Source: Octopus bimaculoides
Lineage: Eukaryota
Reading direction: 5' to 3'
Length of the DNA stretch: 64,000 nt
Assembly (NCBI RefSeq): GCF_001194135.2
Contig: NC_068985.1
Location: 21,900,126 to 21,964,125 of the forward strand
Shown here piece by piece: positions 39,213 to 51,099 of this stretch (the stretch's first letter is position 1; each line of letters opens with the position of its first letter). The notes beneath the pieces were generated by a model. The model was not told the origin of the DNA, did not search any database, and saw nothing but the letters and a program-made list of their open reading frames with translations. The position numbers and the translations under genes were made by a program.

Positions 39213-39573
39213 GTTGAAGAAAAAGTTTGTGTGCCATGTTTTGAAAAATAGTTGTTGTTTTTGAATAAATTCTTGCATAAAAAATCATTATTCTAACACG
39301 GCACACAAACTTTTCCCTCAACCTAGTATATATATATGTATATATTTGTGTGTGTGTATGTGTGTTTGTCTCCCCCGCCCATCGCTTGACAACCAGTGTT
39401 AGTGCGTTTATGTCCCCATAACTTAGCAGTTCAGCAAAAGACCAATAGAATAAGTACAAGGTTTGCAAAGAATAAGTCTTGAGGTTGATTTCTTCGACTA
39501 AACCCCTTTAAGGTGGTGCTCCAGCATGGCCGCAGCCAAGTGACTAAAACAAGTTAAAAGAATAAAAGAATAA
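39011..39573 (+). mobile_element. SINE family A, full length, carrying a mariner-type MITE
   Basis: Head GGCATGGCTGTGTGGTAAG...GAGTTCAGTTCC...GGCACCTTGGGCGAGTGTCTTC; tail GGTGCTCCAGCATGGCCGCAG...AAAAGAATAAAAGAATAA. Confidence 0.92.
39209..39326. mobile_element. 118-bp Tc1/mariner-type MITE
   Basis: 27-bp TIRs TTAGGTTGAAGAAAAAGTTTGTGTGCC / GGCACACAAACTTTTCCCTCAACCTAG (24/27), flanked by TA inside a (TA)n run. Confidence 0.88.
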
Positions 39574-40086
39574 CCCTCACAGCTATTGCTTTCCTCTAAT
39601 AATAATTTTAACAGATGATAAATTTTAAGGATGCAATATATTTCAGACATCAGCTTTTTTTAAAACCTAAACACAATATTTTAGTAAAAGTTATATCTAA
39701 ACATTTATTGCACACTTAAAATAGTAATACAAATGATTATGATGATGGTGATCCATTAAATCGAATTCCTGATCATTTCGAATGGAATCAGAGAAAAAGA
39801 AAAAAAAATTCATATCTCTTTTTCCAATATTTTGCTGAATACAGAATTTGTTGCGTTTGGGAAATAATGATTTTCTATTTCTATATTTTTGGTTTTTTTT
39901 TTTTTAGCCAAAGAAACATAAAAACTTTTTATATTTTTGTTTTTTATATGCAATAAATTCAAAATCATGGACTAAATTTGAACTTATGTAAAAGAATGTT
40001 GTTGTTGTTATTATTAGAGAACCATGTTTGAAATGGTGCCAGTGTTCACTGGAGAAAAAAAATTGTTGAATAGCACAAAGTCAGTT

Positions 40087-40125
<39 letters not shown>

Positions 40126-41457
40126 TATCGTTGTTGTGATCATCGTTTTCGATGTTTTGTAATAAATGTAAAAGTATAGAAATACAGAACTATCAATATA
40201 AAAAAAAAAGCTATCTTTATTGTCATTGTATTGGGCATAATAAAAAAAATGTAGGAGCTAAACTGTGAGGGTTTACGAATAAAATGCAATGACTCATAAC
40301 ACATCCCAGCAAGGATGGTTAACTTTTTTAAAACATTTTTTTCTTACATAAGGGCATTTATTAATGGCATTAAGCCAAAGTGACATTAAGCCTAAAACAA
40401 CCCTGTTTAATATAATTTACAAGGCATTTATCATTAAACTATTGGGCTAATCACCAAAATAATTGTCCACAGCTGGCTGTAACTCAAAGGCTTTTCCTTT
40501 TCTTGATGATCAGCTTCTACCCAAAGGTATGGATCAGTGTCACTTTTAGACAGAATCAATTTTGACCACTTATCCTAATTTACAGCTGGTACATATTTTA
40601 TGAAGCTCAGACAAATGAAACAGAGAAACACATCAACTACAGTACTATTGAATGTTCTACTCTGGGTCCTCTCTCTTTCTTACTCTCTCTCTCTCTCTCT
40701 CTTGCTCTCTCACACATACATATACAGACTTAAAATGTATTATACGTAGAATTAGACAGTTTCAGTTAAAAATCAATAAAATATAGAAAACCAGAAATGG
40801 AACAACAGTTCCATAACACCAAAGAGTTGCAAGGGGAAGAGTTATGAACAAAAAAACATAATGTAGAGGCCAAGTTACTATTGCTATTATTTGACTACAG
40901 AAAGCATTCTAGTGAGACAAACAAAGTTATAATCTATCAAGTGGTACCATTTACATTGTTTAGTAAGGGAGTTCTGACTGAAGATAATTTCCGCTGAAGC
41001 TTTTGCTCACTCACTCAAGGAAACAAAGGGTATTGTAAAGAGAACTCAAACAAAATCTCTTCTCTTCAGTCTTTGTTGTAAATTTTTATAGGAATTTCTT
41101 TTATACAAAAAAAAAGCAACTTATTTAAAATGAAATGCTTCATTTCTCTGCTAGTTATACATTTCTTCAGAATTGACAGTTAAAAGAAAAAGAGAATCTC
41201 TCTCTCTCTCTCTCTCTCTCTTTATTGCTTTCTCCCTTTCTCTCTCTCATATTCTTCACTAATTTCTCATATTCTTTTTCAGGCATTTATCGGAGTCTTT
41301 TGTAACTATGTTCCTGTCAACTCATCACTTAAATATGCATGTGTCCCATCATTTCTTTTTTACCCTAGTACATTTCTCTTTTCTTAACATCTTCAATATA
41401 AACACAATATCAGATGTATAAAGAAGGAATTTCTGAAATTAATCCACCAACTAGTAA

Positions 41458-41493
<36 letters not shown>

Positions 41494-41934
41494 GCTGACC
41501 CAGATATTTCCAAGTATTTTTATCTCAGTTTGACAGTTTTATTAAAAACTCATGACATCTTAGAAAGAAATAGAGAGGAGCATCTCAAAGAATTTAGGTA
41601 AGAAATATCAAAGAGTCAAAAAAGAAAAACAAAAAGCCTTTAGCATTCCACTGACATATCAAAGTTTCAATATTCTGCTGGTACCAATCTACTATAAATG
41701 ATAGAGAAACATTTCTATAGTTTAACAGTATGCTGAGTCTTTAAAATAATTAGATATTAACGCATCTCTCATTGATATTCTCATCACATGCCAACCCTCC
41801 GTCAATAATAATATACTGCATTGTCAAGAGTTTTAATATACTTCTGTATGAAGAATCTATGTAGAATTAAAATCATGTTATTATTTTCTCTAACTACAAT
41901 GACATAGATATTAATGTAAATTATTTCAATATAT

Positions 41935-42010
41935 TTGTGTGTGTGTACGTATGTATGTATGTATGTGTGTGCATATGTATGTATGTAATGTATGTATGTA
42001 TGCATGTTTG

Positions 42011-42047
<37 letters not shown>

Positions 42048-42150
42048 TTATGTATGTGTGTATGCATGTTTGTGTGTATATATGTATGTATGTATGTGTG
42101 TGTATATGTATGTATGCATGTGTGCGCATGTGTATGTATGTATGTATGTA
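41935..42150. repeat. Compound (TG)/(TA)/(TATG)n microsatellite
   Basis: About 215 bp of nearly continuous purine-pyrimidine alternation; source of the MCVYV-type ORFs. Confidence 0.9.
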
Positions 42151-44339
42151 ACTAAATATTGATTCTTCTTATTCATTAGAAGCATTAACAAACATTTTGA
42201 TGTAAATTTGCTGTTGTTTTTATTATGCAATCAGTTTATTTTTTACAGCACTTAATCATAACTGTATTGTAATAATCTTTACATAGACATTTCTAGAATA
42301 AAATAAAATAAAATAAAATAAAATAAAATAAAATTAAATGAAAACAAGAAATACATTATCTCCTAGAATAAAAGTATTGATATTTTAGCTTTAGAAATAT
42401 TGTTGAATAATTTAGTAAAGGAATATTTCTGTTCTGAAATAGTCACCAAGAGAAATTGTAGTCATAAACATTTCTAAGTAGGAAATTTATGTGTTTGCTG
42501 GTATGCATTAAGAAACAGTAAGAAGGAACCCTGCTATGTTTCTTAAACTGGGGTTAGATCAAAGAACAGGGTGGCAGAGATAAAACTGTTGGTGACATAT
42601 AACTACCATATAATGAATAGCAGATGAGAACCTCTTAAAGGAAACTGTAAGCTGAGCTGAAATTTTCCCACCATTTCTACATCCTTTCATATCAATATGG
42701 AAAGTAACAAGAAACTTGGTGACTATGTGAAGAAAGCTTAATCTATGTGTATGTATATGTTTCTATACAGCCAAAGTAAGGAATGAAAGCGAGGTCTTGA
42801 GATAAAAAGCCAGATATAATCAGTGAAGTCTATCATCTTAAAAGTTATTAGTGATGAAACATTAATAGGTTTTCTCTTGTCAACAGAAACATAAGCTGAA
42901 GAAGAAGAAGAAACAAGGGCCGGTAATGCTTTCACTGCTTACTCACTCAAGCAAGCATGAAATTGAAGAGTTAGTAAGTTAGTCCAAGTGAAACAAAGTA
43001 GGGATTTTTTATATTTAATTAAGCCAATGTAGAAAGTAAATGATGGATCAAAGTCAGAACAATAAACATTAACGAACATCACACAGATAATTATTTACAA
43101 AGAACACAATAAATATTGCTTCAAAGTCAATGTAAATATTATCATAATCTTGGTGGTATCCTTTGCTCTCTGTGTGTGTCTCTGTACACACACACACTAA
43201 ACATTATATATATAACATACACACACACACACGCACATAAATACATATAACATACACACACATATAATATACATATAACACATACACACACACACACACA
43301 CTGAGCCAAAAATCGTTAAAACAGACAGAAGAGCTATTCAAATAACAGAAGGTTCAAACATCAGAATAGACTCTTTGGCGTATAAAATGAGTAAAAATGT
43401 GTGTGTGTGTGTGTGTGTGTTAGTGGAAGAGAGAGAGAGAGAGAGAGAAATATTATACACATGCTGAGAGGGGTCTCTGCATTAGTGCGTCTGCTTATGT
43501 TTTTACTGTAGACATGAAGTCTAGAGATGACTATAAACCTATTAAATGGTTAAGAGAATAAAAGAAAATTAAAGGGATAACAACAATATAGTAGAGTTAC
43601 TTTATAAAATTCAAGTTATAGACAAGACATTACAAAACAAGGCATTTTCTTTCTGTTGTGGCCTACGATATTACAATAGCCCTGACCTGGTTTACTGAGC
43701 AAATTCCCTCACAGTAACATATAAGCCATTAAAGTAAAGAGATTAAAGTTGATATTTTATCCTTTTAACTGAGCAATAATACTTGGTCAGCACAAAATCA
43801 ATACAACAATACCAGTCACTTGATACTGTTTTGCCTGAATAGTGTTTTAGAAATAATTCACTGACAGTTACAAATTACCTAAATTGTGAAATTTAAGGTA
43901 ATGAATACTTCTAATTGATAATGTAGCAATCTATGAAGTAAAATTGATTGACTGAGAGGCACAATAAACTGATTTGATAGGTTGTTAGCAATTAAATCAA
44001 TGAGTCAATAAATTCCGTACAATCACAGAGGCTGTGATGTGTTCATGACAAAAAATAATTGACACTCACTGGTTTAGTTCACTTAACTGCAAATAAATGA
44101 AAAACCAGAGTTGTAGTACACTGGTTGTCAATAGAACAATAACCCATAAGTGTTTCAGCTGAAATCAAATCATTTCATGAGCAAACTTCTGTAGCCATAA
44201 CTAACTTTGGTTCTTAGTTGCACCAAAAAGTCTGCTACTTCAAACAATGAGTTACCCCAAACAAGCCATTAATACTGCTCACCATTACACCTGCACTACT
44301 GTGTCTCTACCCTCAATTCTTAAATCTGTCCTGCCACCA

Positions 44340-44960
44340 AATGCTTTCTTTTTCCCCTTATCTATTCTTACAACTACCTTATCTCTCCAATGCTGCACTG
44401 TATGGTACGTACATTTCCTCTAACATGATGCTGCCACTTCACCACATCTTTCTTGAATGGTCTTTCCCTTCTTTCAGACACCATTTCAATCTCTGTGACA
44501 TTCTACATTCCACCTTGTTCCGTTCCACCTGCTTCCGTTGCACACTCTCACTTCTACTGCAACACCTGATCCTCTATCCAAAGCATTAGCTCTTTGCACA
44601 TTTAAAAGGACCCAACTCCCACTTCAATATTACCAGCTGTTTCCTCTGTACAATCATAAACGCTACTTAATGCATTAAATGCTGACGTTGAGCCTTGTAT
44701 ATTGGAAAAACCAGTCAGAGATTGGCAGAGCATTTTACAAAGCACCTTTTACATGCTGATGTTACATCACTGGATCACTCTGACCTTGTATGCTCATCAA
44801 TTTAAGTCTCCTGACCACACCTACCTGCATCCCTTTGTCTACAGTGTTATTTTACACCATGAATCAACCATCTCCTATTTGCACTATGAACAGCTAATCA
44901 TCCTTTAACACACAATTTGCCCAATTGGGAAAATTGGAATAATCATCTTGTTTCCATATT
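44340..44960 (+). mobile_element. Penelope-like element relic (GIY-YIG endonuclease region)
   Basis: Translates SFRHHFNLCDIL...KGPNSHFNITSCFLCT...CIKC*R*ALYIGKTSQRLAEHFTKHL...AHQFKSPDHT, matching the PLE YIGET..RL..RF.EH and HF..PDH motifs, with stops. Confidence 0.8.
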
Positions 44961-47091
44961 GTAACATTTCCTCCTCCTGTGACAAAACTGATAAATGTCT
45001 TCTTGTGCACTTCATTCTCTCCTTTGTCTCCCCACATCTACACACTCTCACAACATTCTCAAATACACTGCTTTATACACACATACACACTTGCCTACAC
45101 ACAAACATATACAAAATACATTCTTACATCCTAAGTCCCTTGATGGAAAAATGCTCTCCTGGTTGAAAAACATCATTCCATTCTAACCACTTCCACCCTT
45201 TTTTTTCTTTTTATTCACTTATCATGTGGTTTTTATCAATAAACATTGTTTCCATATAACTTTTCTTCCGTTCTGTTTTTTTTTCTTGATGATGGCACTA
45301 TCAGAAATGTTTCTTCCTTACAGTATAAAACCAATTACCTTATGCTCCTGAAATGTTTTAGATATCATTAATAGAATGGCATCCAAAACCAGGGAGGAAT
45401 TCCCTCAACCATTTAGCATGCCTTGAAAACAAGAATATATTCAAAATAAAACCATCGCACTTTCACATATATAAGAACCATTTGCCTATATTAAGCTGTA
45501 CCAGTATCTCAACCTGAAGCATTAAATTATTTGCAACATTTCATCATTGCCAACTTGAAGAGCATCAAAGCTCCCTTTGGACTCCCTTAACACTTACATA
45601 GATTTCTGACTGTTGGTCAAAAGAACCTGTAACTTGCACAACCACACCCAAGCAGACTGCTTTCACTGACAGGCCAAATATGCTGCGTTTCACTGACAAA
45701 TCTCAAGCCCTTTGTGAATTAGATTTGTTTGGCAGCATATGAGAAGATTAGAATAAGTAGACTATAATGGAAATCACCAATTTTCAACAGGGAGAAAGAC
45801 AATTTATTGCAACTCCAGAGTGCAAACAGTATGGTATGAAGAATGTTATTGTAAGCCACTGCATCTGATTCAATCTCCAACCTTCCCAGCCTTGTCCCAG
45901 AGGACTACAAACAAGAGAATGAAGTTGATGACATGCAATTCTTCCTGAAATTGTTGACTTTTGATAGATGAATAACGCTAATACAAATAACAATTTTGAT
46001 TGAATGACCAAGAATGTAAAGAGAAATTGGAGGTGCTAGACTGTATTCTTTGATAAAAATAACACACAAAAAAGAAGAAAAACATTCTTGTTAGTTTATT
46101 GACTGGAAATGATAGAAAAACCTAATAGTTAAAATAAATTCTTTGAGAAATATATAAAAAAAAATCTGCTTCATTTTTTAGCCAGAAAATACCATTTTAA
46201 GTACGTATTTATAGCATGATAATGATGATGATGATCTGTTAGAAAATTTATTTATCTATCAATAAACACCCCCATTTTTTCTGTTTTTAAGATAATTCCC
46301 GTGGAAACATTTCTGATAGACCTCATAATAACAATAATTGCTATAAAATCAGCTAAATATCTTAAGTAATTCTACCTTTCAATTTAAATCTTATTTATAA
46401 GTCCTATATACATTATCATCAGAATATTCTCCCAAGTTGCCAAGAATATTATTACAAGAAAGCAATTAAACAGAAGATTAGTGAAGTTATTTGGTGAAGA
46501 TTGTGAGGTCTCTAAATAGAGGTAGAAATAATAACAAAGGTCCTAACTAAAATATTAATCTATTCTCCAACTTGTAACACATCAGCAAACACTGAATTTG
46601 TTTTTATTTCTACCTCAATTCATGCTGCTTCAGATTATCACCAGTCTACCAATTATAGCGACTAGTCTTAATTACACAAGAATTTTTTTTGTTTCTTTTC
46701 AGGAGGAAAAAAAATTACTACCTTTCATTTTTGTTGTAAACCATAATAGCCTATAACACTAATTGTAAGATCTGGTGCCAGTAAAGTTAATTAGATACGA
46801 AACAAGATTTTCCCTGGATAGGATGTCAGTCGCTAGTAACAGTTTACAGTGGATATCAGCTCACATTCTATAAACTAGCATTCTATACTCTTTGATGAAT
46901 TTCTAAGATCCATGGGAAATGTGCTTATCTCCAATGCTCATGGTGTGAAGTAGATGAGGGAATAATCTTCATCTAACTTGGACACTGATCTATAACATAT
47001 TTCCCTGTGGAAGGACTTGAGTTCTGAAACTGTAAGCAACAAATGTTCCCTTCTCAGCTGAAGGAGTTTTTGTTATGCAAATTACTCAGTA

Positions 47092-47311
47092 ACCCTGTCA
47101 GTGCTGGTGCCACATAAAAAGCACCAGTGATGGTGCCATGTAAAAAGTACCCAGTGCACCCTTGTAGAGTGGTTGGAATTAGGAAGAGCATCAAGCCATA
47201 GGAACCATGCCAAAACACAATGAAAACCGTGCCAAAACAGATGTAAAACCATCCAACCCATGCCAGCATGGAAAACGGTCGTTAAATGATGATTATAATG
47301 ATGATGATGAT
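47092..47311 (+). mobile_element. RTE-LINE 3' tail fragment with two 26-bp modules
   Basis: GTGCTGGTGCCACATAAAAAGCACCAGTGATGGTGCC...CAACCCATGCCAGCATGGAAAA...(GAT)n. Confidence 0.85.
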
Positions 47312-47622
47312 GTTATTCTTCATTTATTGCACATTACAACTACTTGCAGTTGTGAGATATACTACTTGAGGTGCATATTGTTATGTGGATTCAAGTATTA
47401 AGAGCTAAGGCGTCATGTGAACAAACACAATGCAGTACTGCTTACAATGGTGAGGTATCCCACTTGAAATGCATCCAACTTTGTGGATTAAAGCATTAGA
47501 AGCTAAGTGTCATTAGAGCAGACACAATATGAAACCAGTGGGAGGATTCAAACCTTCTCAGCTGTTTGTCCAATATTCTCCTGTAGAGGTCCCCAAGCAT
47601 TTTATTACTGTTGGTATACATT

Positions 47623-47788
47623 ATAGGTGTAGGAGTGGCTGTGTGGTAAGTAGCTTGCTTACCAACTACATGGCTCCGGGTTCAGTCCCACTGCGTGGCA
47701 CCTTGGGCAAGTGTCTTCTACTATAGCCTCGGGCCGACCAAAGCTTTGTGATTGGATTTGGTAGACGGAAACTGAAAGAAGCCCATTG

Positions 47789-47821
<33 letters not shown>

Positions 47822-47975
47822 GTTTCTGCGTCTGTGTTTGTCCCTCCCAACATCGCTTGACAACCGATGCTGGTGTGTTAACGTCCCCATAACATAGCGG
47901 TTCGGCAAAAGAGACCGATAGAATAAGTACTAGGCTTACAAAGAATAAGTCCTGGGGTCGATTTGCTCGACTAAA
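47623..47975 (+). mobile_element. SINE family A, young copy, 3' end missing
   Basis: CpG-rich; TGGCTGTGTGGTAAG A-box, GGTTCAGTCCC B-box, GGCACCTTGGGCAAGTGTCTTC CORE-like segment. Confidence 0.93.
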
Positions 47976-48571
47976 TTTTTAACTTTAAAATGATTTTAAA
48001 AAACTTTTGATGTAAAATCATTGGCAATGTTAGCATTTATTGGTGGTAGTGCTGTCTTCTTCATTTTGTTTCTACTTTCTATGCTAGCATGGGTTGGACA
48101 GGTTATCAAAGTCTAAATTAATTCTTGTTTGGAGTTACTACTTGTTAGGCAGGCCTGAGGACTATATCTTGCTTATATGTCTACTTTTGGCATGGTTTTC
48201 TCATTTCAATATTCTTCTTAACACCAATCCCTTTACAGAATGTATCAGGTGTACTTTATTGTGGAACTAATACTAGAGAAGTTATCATGTATCCTGTAAG
48301 ACTTAAAGAATCCTAAAGAGTTCATTCAATGAAAGAGAGAGGATGATGACAAAAGATGAACTTGGGTAAAAGAAGAGTTAATGGGAGATACAAAGTGACT
48401 GAAGTGAGAGGTTGGTAGAGAAAGAAGTGAAAAAGTAATAGAAAAGATATTGGTGGAAGGGGTAATGGAAGAGACACAGTAAATGGTAGGAAATGATAGA
48501 AAGGAGCAGTAATGGCAGTTATATGTCTGTTGGTTAGATGGACAGACAGACAGACAGATAGATAGATAGAT

Positions 48572-48684
48572 AGAGAGAGGGGAGAAAGAGAGAGGGGAGA
48601 AAGAGAGAAGGGGAGAAAGAGAGAGGGGAGAAAGAGAGAAGGGGAGAAAGAGAGAGGGGAGAAAGAGAGAAGGGGAGAAAGAGA
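48572..48684. repeat. Pure-purine minisatellite (15/16-bp units)
   Basis: Seven units of AGAGAGA(A)GGGGAGAA with lengths 15,15,16,15,16,15,16. Confidence 0.9.
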
Positions 48685-49329
48685 CCGAGCGAGAGAGAGA
48701 GAGAGAGATAGAGAGAGAGAGAGTGATAAATGTCAATGAGTGACCTGGGTGGATGGAATGATGGCTAGCATTAGAGAAAGGTGATGGAGTGTATGAGATA
48801 TGAACAGATCTGATGCAATTCTTTCTTTCAAAAACATCATGATGAGAGGGAGATGTAGAGGGATAATGGTGATGGTAGAGTGGAATTGATTATGGAGAGA
48901 TCCAATGCCATCTCTTGTTACACAGGCAGCACGATAAAATGAATGGGAGAGAGATGAGTGCATCAAAGAGATAGTGGGTGGGGCAGTAAATGGAAAATTA
49001 ACAAAGAAAATAACAGGTGAGAGATCAAAACATACACTATATGATATCCCAGCTTCCATCAGTGTTATCAGCCATCATGGTTTTTTTGTCATCTTCATGA
49101 GGCTCAGCATTTTGAGATCAGTTTTTAGCATTTGGTCCCATGTCTTTGAATCGATACCATCATTTGAATAAGAGAGAGAATGAGTGACAGAGAGAGAAGA
49201 GAGTACAAGGTAGTTGGGAGTGAGGGAAGTAGATGGAAATTGAATAGGAACATAAGGAGCAAGTAGCCCAAATGTAGATATATTATATGCCACAACCTCC
49301 CCCATTTTTCATGTTTCACCATACCTGCA

Positions 49330-50290
49330 TAAGTTGAAAGATTTTCTCAAGTACAGCATGCCAGCAATAGTCATAGTCAACTCTCACCTTTCTGTTCTAT
49401 GTCTTCCCAGGTCTCCTTTTCCGCAGGTTACATCTATTTTGAATGTTCAGTACATCATTTTATACAGTTGTTAACCTCCATATGCATCATGTGCTCATAC
49501 AAGCACAGTATTCTCTCTTGCACACATTTGATTCCTCTTACATCCATTCTTTTTTTTTTTTTTTTTTTTTNNNNNNNNNNTTTTTTTTTTTTTTTTGTTT
49601 TCTTGGCTCATTTACATTCTGTTGTTTATACACATTACACATCCGGCAGAGCATATTTGCTTCATTTCTTCCTAGTCTTTGAAAATCTTCTGCATTCAAG
49701 GCCCATATCTCACTATCATGCAACATTGCAGTTCATACAAAAACATCATATAATCTGCCTTTCATTTTAAGGGAGAAGCCCTTTGATGTCAGTAGACATA
49801 ATAACTTCCTGAACTTTCTCCATCCTGTTCTTACTCTGGCTGTTATGTTTTTCATACACCTACCTCCACTACTAATTAACAACCTGAGAGTAACCTAAGT
49901 AACAAAAGCTATTAACTATTCCTAGTATGCTTCTGCCACATATGAAATCTACTTTCTTTGTCAGACTGTCTGCAATTCCATAACACTTTCTGCACATCCA
50001 TAATTTATACAGAGAACTCTATGTTATTTCTTTCTAAATTTACTGCATATTGAGCATAGCCTTTTCTGTGATGGTAGCAAAGTCCAGTCTCTTTCTCCTA
50101 AACACTAAAACTTTAAGCTTTAAGTTTACTTTGAGGTTTCTCAATTATAGATTTTGCTTCCAGGTCTGGAATGTTTTTACTAAATCTTCCACAGGTTTAG
50201 CTGTAAGAATTAGGCCAGCAGTATACAGGACTATCTATGGACAGCAGGTCATAAACAGCTCTGTTATGGCCTGAAGGACTATAATAAACA
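49330..50290 (-). mobile_element. Decayed RTE LINE ORF2 (RT and downstream), same family as 28840
   Basis: Minus strand gives LQAITELFMTCCP*IVLYTAGLIL (cf. LQAITEEFKTGCPWELLYADDL), FQTWKQNL..LKVNL, VNSFCYLG..SSGG..ITARVRTGWRKFRKL, MLHDSEIWALNAEDFQRLGRNEANML. Confidence 0.88.
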
Positions 50291-50442
50291 GGCAGGAAAG
50301 GGATCTAATAGGTTCCTTCCTGCACTTTAAATTTTCCACCATAGTTTTCATCTTTTCATACAAACTACACCACTAATTTTTTGTTTCATCTACAATGCAT
50401 CACAAAGTTAAAAAGATTGAGAATCTCTGTTTTAACCTGTAT

Positions 50443-50760
50443 CATCATCATCATCGTTTTCCATGCTAGCATGGGTCGGACGATTTGACTGAGGATTGGC
50501 GAACCAGATGGCTGCACCAGGCTCGAATCTGATCTGGCAGGATTTCTACAGCTGGATGCCCTTCCTAACGCCAACGACTCCAAGAGTGTAGTGGGTGCTT
50601 TTACGAGCCACCAGCACAAGGGCCAGTCAGGTGGTACTGGTAACAGCCACGCTCAAAATGGTGTTTTTTACCTGCCACATGCACAGGAGCCAGTCCAGCG
50701 GCACTGACAACGACCTCACTCGAATATCTTTTCACGTGCCACCGGCACAAGTGCAAACTA
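50443..50760 (-). mobile_element. RTE-LINE 3' UTR/tail fragment, relatively young
   Basis: (CAT)n CGTTTTCCATGCTAGCATGGGTCGGACGATTTGACTGAGG...ACAGCTGGATGCCCTTCCTAACGCC, the reverse complement of 29467-29657. Confidence 0.9.
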
Positions 50761-51099
50761 CAGAAAATTATTAATTCCTCCTTTACTCAATAAACAAAGG
50801 ATAATTATCAAGACTTTATCTTTAGAATTTCAGTTCATATTTTTCAAATTTGTAATTTTAATATCTTATTTTCTTTCCCATCTTCATCTCACAGCAAACA
50901 TCAGTGACTTGTGGCTCATTTCTTGGGAACCACTGCTGTGAGGTTGACCACTTTCATTGTTTCATATACTTTATTAAATGCAACTTCGTTGATGACAGAA
51001 AGATAGAGAGAGAGAGAGAGGGGGAAAACAAAGAGAGAGAGAATCTCTGCTATATTAAACATTAAATTTTTTTCTTCTTCTCTATGCAGCAACAACATT

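Noticed and set aside
41802-42230. MCVYV/HTHT/RERE-type ORFs here and at 3749, 4910-5240, 21186-21699, 23421-23788, 37523, 53297 and 63551
   Set aside because: Translations of dinucleotide and tetranucleotide microsatellites.
48330-49320. Possible L2-type LINE relic on the minus strand
   Set aside because: The composition is suggestive, but I could not read a diagnostic motif with confidence.
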